Positions 58,876 through 64,000 of a stretch of 64,000 nucleotides of DNA are shown piece after piece. Location: IMG/VR virus record IMGVR_UViG_3300002092_001784, positions 96,001 through 160,000 of that record. One strand, given 5' to 3'. Within the stretch, counting starts at the first letter, position 1. Each line of letters opens with the position of its first letter. The notes beneath the pieces were generated by a model. The model saw only the letters and a list, made by a program, of their open reading frames with translations, did no database searches and was not told where the DNA came from. The DNA is from a virus. Lineage: Duplodnaviria; Caudoviricetes. Position numbers and translations under genes: made by a program.

Positions 58876-59196
58876 ATGAATTACAAAAACATTAAATCAG
58901 GTGTAGTTAAATCCGGTATGGTAATCAGTAGTGACGACTATCACCGACTACCACACCGATTACAAAAATTATTTGTAGGTACATATGATAGTGTAACATA
59001 TGGTGCACGTCCATCACAATACAGTAATGATGATGATTTTGGTTGGATTGAAACAGCAATTGGAGTTTCTGCCATCGAATCTACATTTGATACATCAAAT
59101 TTGGATACTGATATTTCATTCGATACAAGCTCAAATGATGATATTGAATTTGGCGGTGGGGATTTCGGTGGCGCAGGCGCAGGCGATAGTTGGTAA
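58876..59196 (+). CDS. Acidic hypothetical protein with FGGGDFGGAGAGDSW tail
   Basis: Same C-terminal motif as 44903-45745. Confidence 0.65.
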   Translation: MNYKNIKSGVVKSGMVISSDDYHRLPHRLQKLFVGTYDSVTYGARPSQYSNDDDFGWIETAIGVSAIESTFDTSNLDTDISFDTSSNDDIEFGGGDFGGAGAGDSW

Positions 59197-61870
59197 TATT
59201 TAATAAAAAAGTTATGGAAAATACAGAATTTACAGAACAGATATCGGCAGTTAATTATTATCTGTTGCGTTCGGCAGAGTACGGACTTCAATCAGAAGTT
59301 GTGGCATACGCATTGAAGTTTATGAAAGAAAATCCTGATTTAAGTATTCGAATGGCTATGGAATACGCATATAACGAATGGATAAAATAGAAAGTTATGT
59401 GTGCAGAATGTTCAACATCGTACCCAATATGTGGTACACTTTCGGCCGATTATGAAGTCGGTGGGTGGGATGATTATATTCCACAATAATAAATTAAATT
59501 CATATGATACATTTAGTAAGTTACATTTTTAGATTATTGGTAGCAGCTACATTTGGATTTGCCATCTACCTATTAGGTGCAATCGCATCCGTTTTGATAT
59601 GGAATGGTGAGATATGGGATCATGTTAATGAGATATTTGCGGAAATTATGAATTTTAATGATGATTGATATGACACCTAAAGATACAGCAAATAATATTG
59701 CAATGAAAATGTTTGATTGTGATACCATCACCGAAGATGCGATTGTGGCAGTTGATGTAGTTCTTAATGAATTGCAAACATATAGTGACTTGGAAAGTGT
59801 AATTGTACAGAATGGAATACCTACAACTGTAATTGAACGAATACAGTTTTGGAATGAAGTTAAAAACGAATTGGAGATAATAAAATGACACCAAAAGAAG
59901 AATATACAGATTTATTACACAGTGGAATGTTTTGGGAATTTTTTCCTAAATATTCTGGCGAATGGAAAACCGATGCATTGTATTTTATTCGGTTTTTAAT
60001 TAAAAGACGTGAACTAAAAATAACAAAATGAAAGTAGAATTTGCAGATACATTTGGTAAAAGCCTTAAACGGTTGATATGGCATGAGGGCCGTATCTATA
60101 AATTTTATTCCATATTCCGATATGGAATATGGCACTTCTTCGCTAACATATGGCGATTTAGAAAAGTTCTATGGAATCATCAATGGTGGGATTATCGATA
60201 CCATTTGGAAGCCATGTATACTTCGCTATCCATTATGGAAAAGGGTATGCATGCTGGAATGGAAGTTCGAGAATCCCGTGATAAGAAGATTCAAAAGATG
60301 CAGCGGGCTCTTAAACTTATGAAAAATAAAATAGATGATAATTACATTGATAGGGCAGAATTGGTGGTAGGTGAGTTGATACATTATGATTGGGAGTTTG
60401 AACCAGTACCAGACCAACCGGGATACAGTAGATTGGTCGATAAGGAAACACCGGAAGAAAAAGAGCATAATCGTAAAGTATATACCTATTCAACAAAATT
60501 GGAAGAAGATGAATGGGCTGAACTATGGGGAATATATAAGGGTAAGGATTACAATGAATTGAAACGATTATCTGATGAAATAGTGGCTAAAGGTGAATCG
60601 GAAGGACTTGATTATGAACAATTATCAAAACTTACCGATGAATTGCATGATGGGTGGTTCGATGGTTCGGGGTTAAATTCATGGTGGGATTAGAGTTTAA
60701 TAAAATAATAAAGTTATGGCATGGTTGGCAATGGATAGTGATGGGTTTGTTCATATATTTATCGATAAGCCCGAACGGATAGCTGGATTACATGATTGGT
60801 ATGCAGAAACCGATAGATTTGCGGCATTGAAAGATGCAGATGATGTGGAATATCTCATTGGTAGGAAACTCACACCAAATGATGATCCTGTTGAAATTTA
60901 ATATTTTTTTGAAAATGGATATTTAATAGTATACACCCTATATGATGTATGTAATTTAATACGATATGTTATGGAAACGATTATGGAAAGCTTTACGGGT
61001 ATGGATTTTGGATACGGTGTTGCCGTGCTATGTGTCATTTATTTGGCGTTAATAACTTCGTTTTCATTCGTAGCAATTAAATCATTTTGGGTGTTAATTA
61101 TATCGTTATATACACACTATGTTAATAAAAAGTAAGTTTTTCCGATTTTTAATTGGAATTGTATTTCTATTTGATGTTATATCATGTACTGATGCAGGTG
61201 TAACAACCGAACGATTGAGTGGAAATGAATCATCGTTACCGCCGGAATTAAAAGGATTAAAGGTTTACAGTGTTCAACTGATTGGTGGCAATTATTGTAG
61301 AGTAGCCATATTAAATGGAAATGTAAATTCATCTACTTATATGGTAGGTAAGATACAAGAAACTACAATTATTGTGAATGGGAATCAGCCACGTACTATT
61401 TTAGCTAAACAAATTCTTTCCGAAACAGATAGTATAATCGTTATTAAAAAATAAGTTATGGCAGCAAAAAGTAAACACCCAATAGATATATTAGATTGGT
61501 TATATCAAGTCTTACAATCATGTAATACAGAAGAACAACAGGAAACCGCAAAGAGTTTAGTTACACAGGGAATTAAATATCTTAAAACTGCCGATGGACA
61601 TTGGCTCTATGATTATACGCAGTTGACGGATGAATATGGATTACCTAATTGGGATTTTTTCGGAGGACTGAAACAATTATAATCCACAATATGAAAACCA
61701 AATTATTAAAAAAATTACGAAAGATGTATTCGGTAGTGTATGAAGATGGACATTATATACTACATTCCAAAACAATGTCACCATATAAATGTAAAACAGA
61801 AAAACGCATAAAAGATGAACGGCGTGAACTCATTTTACAGCATGTACACTCATTACGTCATCACCACTAA
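59190..61870 (+). other. Run of hypothetical CDSs including 60028-60693 and lipoprotein-like 61119-61454
   Basis: Packed ORFs. Confidence 0.6.
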
Positions 61871-61974
61871 TGTTAATTTATGGAACTATTAAGAATATTA
61901 TACGGAGTTATTGTATTTGGTGCGGCTTTAGTTCTGCTAGCACTATTGTATAAAACAGAACCTAAAAATAAAAA

Positions 61975-62283
61975 ATGAAAAAATTATTGTTACTATTGAC
62001 TTTTGGTCTGATTTCATTATGTACGTCCGCACAAAAGGTGTATGAAGTTAGTTATAAGAGTCAGGCCGATATGAAGGTGTTTGTGGTTAAGTATGAATCA
62101 CAAGCAGACCTTAAAGTGTATGTAGTTGAACACGAAAATGAAGCCGGAAATGGTAAATGGTTTTTTACCAAATATAAAAGCCAATCTCAGCAAACTATTT
62201 ATTATGTGAAAACTGCAAGTGAGGCAGATGTTAAAGTGTATTTTGTACGATACCGGTCTAAAGCAGGGTGGCTAACAGATTAA
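61975..62283 (+). CDS. Exported protein with internal Y.SQAD.KV(F/Y)VV repeats (DUF6150-like)
   Basis: Signal peptide; about four repeats. Confidence 0.6.
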   Translation: MKKLLLLLTFGLISLCTSAQKVYEVSYKSQADMKVFVVKYESQADLKVYVVEHENEAGNGKWFFTKYKSQSQQTIYYVKTASEADVKVYFVRYRSKAGWLTD

Positions 62284-62299
62284 GTAAATAATTAAATTT

Positions 62300-63016
62300 A
62301 TGAAAAAATTACTAATAGTAGTTCTATTATCAATGATGTATATATTTGCATCGGCACAGAAATATGAAGATGCAGTAAAATTCTTACCCATAAATGTTCA
62401 TTACAATTCAGCTAGTGTGGAGTGGGAACACCAAGAAGGTAAAAATTCTTTAGTAGTTGGTATTGGGATACCATATTGGCAATCTATTGTAGGACGTTCA
62501 TATGGACAACTTACATTGAATAGTACGGATTTCAAATCTGCCAGTTTGTATACTTACACTATACGTGTAGCGTATAGACACTATTTTAGTGATACTCCAA
62601 TGGAAGGTATATATTTGGAAGGTTATGCAAAATCTCAAACTTTAGATTGGTGTGCTGAAATAAATAACAATCAAAATAAAATGGCAGCAGGTTCAATTAC
62701 TGGGTATTTTTATAGTGTTAGTCCCGGAGTTCAACTTGGATACCAATACATAATTGATAAACATTTTTTAATAGATTTATATATGTTAGGTGTAGAGGTA
62801 TGTAATACAAATGGAAACGCAGAATCATTTTCAATGACAACAGCCGATAGAGATTATACGATTGATTTTGTTAATAATTTAGCAACACAGTATTTACCCA
62901 AAAATGCACAATCAAAATATTCAGTATTACGGTATGGAAATTCAGCCAAATACCGTTTGCAAGGATTTGCATATCCTTGGTTTAGATGTGGTATAAGTAT
63001 TGGATATAAATTTTAA
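62300..63016 (+). CDS. Probable outer-membrane beta-barrel protein (DUF3575-like)
   Basis: Signal peptide; amphipathic strands; C-terminal GISIGYKF. Confidence 0.65.
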   Translation: MKKLLIVVLLSMMYIFASAQKYEDAVKFLPINVHYNSASVEWEHQEGKNSLVVGIGIPYWQSIVGRSYGQLTLNSTDFKSASLYTYTIRVAYRHYFSDTPMEGIYLEGYAKSQTLDWCAEINNNQNKMAAGSITGYFYSVSPGVQLGYQYIIDKHFLIDLYMLGVEVCNTNGNAESFSMTTADRDYTIDFVNNLATQYLPKNAQSKYSVLRYGNSAKYRLQGFAYPWFRCGISIGYKF

Positions 63017-63035
63017 TCACTACATATCTTCAAAG

Positions 63036-63064
63036 AAGCGGCTACTACGGTGACCGCTTTTTTT
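63036..63064 (+). terminator. Intrinsic terminator
   Basis: aagcgg/ccgctt plus T-run. Confidence 0.75.
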
Positions 63065-63075
63065 ATGCCAAAGAT

Positions 63076-63131
63076 TTAACATTAATTTAACATTGAAAAT
63101 TTGGAAATCGCTCAAAAATGTCGTATATTTG
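63076..63131 (+). promoter_or_regulatory. Class P promoter
   Basis: ttaaca-ttaat-ttaaca...tatatttg. Confidence 0.8.
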
Positions 63132-63148
63132 AGTATAAGATTGAGAGA

Positions 63149-63792
63149 TATGAATGATATGATGAGAATGATTGAGAACGGTTCGGATGTTGAAAGTTTG
63201 ATAAATGCTTTTAATCGTTATTCAAATCGTGAAAAACGGTACAGAAGTGAGAAGAAAAAAGTTCAAAAGTTTGAAAGAGCCAAACGTATTTTTTCAGCTG
63301 AACGGTATTTGGTTGAAGTTCATTTTTACCCACATATCGCCAAAATATTAGGTGTTCCCGCCGATACGGCTGAGGTGTTTGGTTTCGAACGTATGCAAGA
63401 ATTGGTTAAACTTCGTTGGGAAAACAACTGTGGTATCAGTAGGTTAAGAATTTATTACGATGGCAAACCATTTAGAAACTTCAACTTCAGTGGTAACGAA
63501 ACCAAAGATATTCGGTATGAACCGTTAAGAATTGTTTAATTAAAAATAAAAAAATATGAAAACAATGCTTGTATTACATAAATGTAAAAATTATGAGGTA
63601 ACCCAAGAAAATCCTCGTAACTTCAAAATTGGAGATACTTTTTATTTTAATTGGGGTGGTATATCCGATATACAAACGGTTGATTCTGAAAGAGTATTAG
63701 CTGAAGTTAATGGAACATTAGAACATAATACTGAAGTTATTGATCTATCTTATAATTTTTGGCTATGTGTGCGAAAGGTTATTAACCACTAA
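63149..63792 (+). other. Two hypothetical CDSs (about 63149-63539, 63556-63792)
   Basis: ORFs downstream of the promoter. Confidence 0.55.
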
Positions 63793-64000
63793 ATATGAGA
63801 TTAAAAATTGTAAATTTTGATAAAGTATTTGGTAAACAAATTAAATGTGTAACAGTTGATGCTACAATGATGTACCCCGAAATGGCGTATACCATAATTA
63901 ACTTGAATTACTCAAAATTAAATTTCAAAGACCATGTATGTTATGATTTTGGAGTAGAGCATGTTGGTTCTGGTACTACATTAGAGTGTTGCTTAACAAT

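Noticed and set aside
1945-60468. Minus-strand ORFs in the six-frame track
   Set aside because: All overlap better-supported + strand genes or RNAs, have no motifs and lack promoters; treated as shadow ORFs
1945-63131. Repeated TTAACA...TTTGG elements or the 39.7-43.4 kb repeats as a CRISPR array
   Set aside because: The repeats are dispersed promoters or protein-coding paralogs; there is no repeat-spacer periodicity and no cas gene
1-64000. Stop-codon reassignment (as in Lak or some crAss-like phages)
   Set aside because: ORFs are dense under code 11; genes end in TAG/TGA immediately before the next start; no CUA/UCA suppressor tRNA was clearly found
1-64000. Prophage, host chromosome or rRNA genes
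   Set aside because: No integrase, housekeeping operons or rRNA signatures; organisation is that of a lytic large-phage accessory region

Overview
A 64-kb accessory segment of a large lytic dsDNA (jumbo/huge-type) phage, most likely infecting a Bacteroidota host. The evidence is dozens of -33 TTTG / -7 TAnnTTTG promoters, no Shine-Dalgarno signals, AT-rich DNA and essentially all credible genes on the + strand. No capsid, terminase, polymerase or integrase gene is visible. Contents: (i) about 25 conventional and about 12 aberrant tRNA or tRNA-like genes in arrays (4.3-9.3, 11.8-12.2, 15.6-18.0 and 52.1-53.7 kb), interleaved with large structured ncRNAs (a probable GOLLD RNA, two RNAs sharing a 3' module, a possible RNase P-like RNA) and boxA-like elements; (ii) two leader-peptide attenuators placed in front of tRNA arrays; (iii) about 17 promoters carrying a Pho-box-like TTAACA-N5-TTAACA repeat at fixed spacing; (iv) metabolic and glycan genes (mgsA, ugd-like, glycosyltransferases, WavE-like, sugar C-methyltransferase), a methyltransferase plus putative restriction endonuclease, phosphoesterases, proteases and free-standing endonucleases; (v) a repeat-rich control region with clustered XerD-half-site-like motifs; (vi) a 13-member tandem paralog array with an AFxWxxTxEGxxYW motif; (vii) seven unrelated proteins sharing an N-terminal M(I)KLKxLLxE peptide that resembles a capsid-targeting signal. 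All family assignments come from motif recognition by eye; no database search was run.
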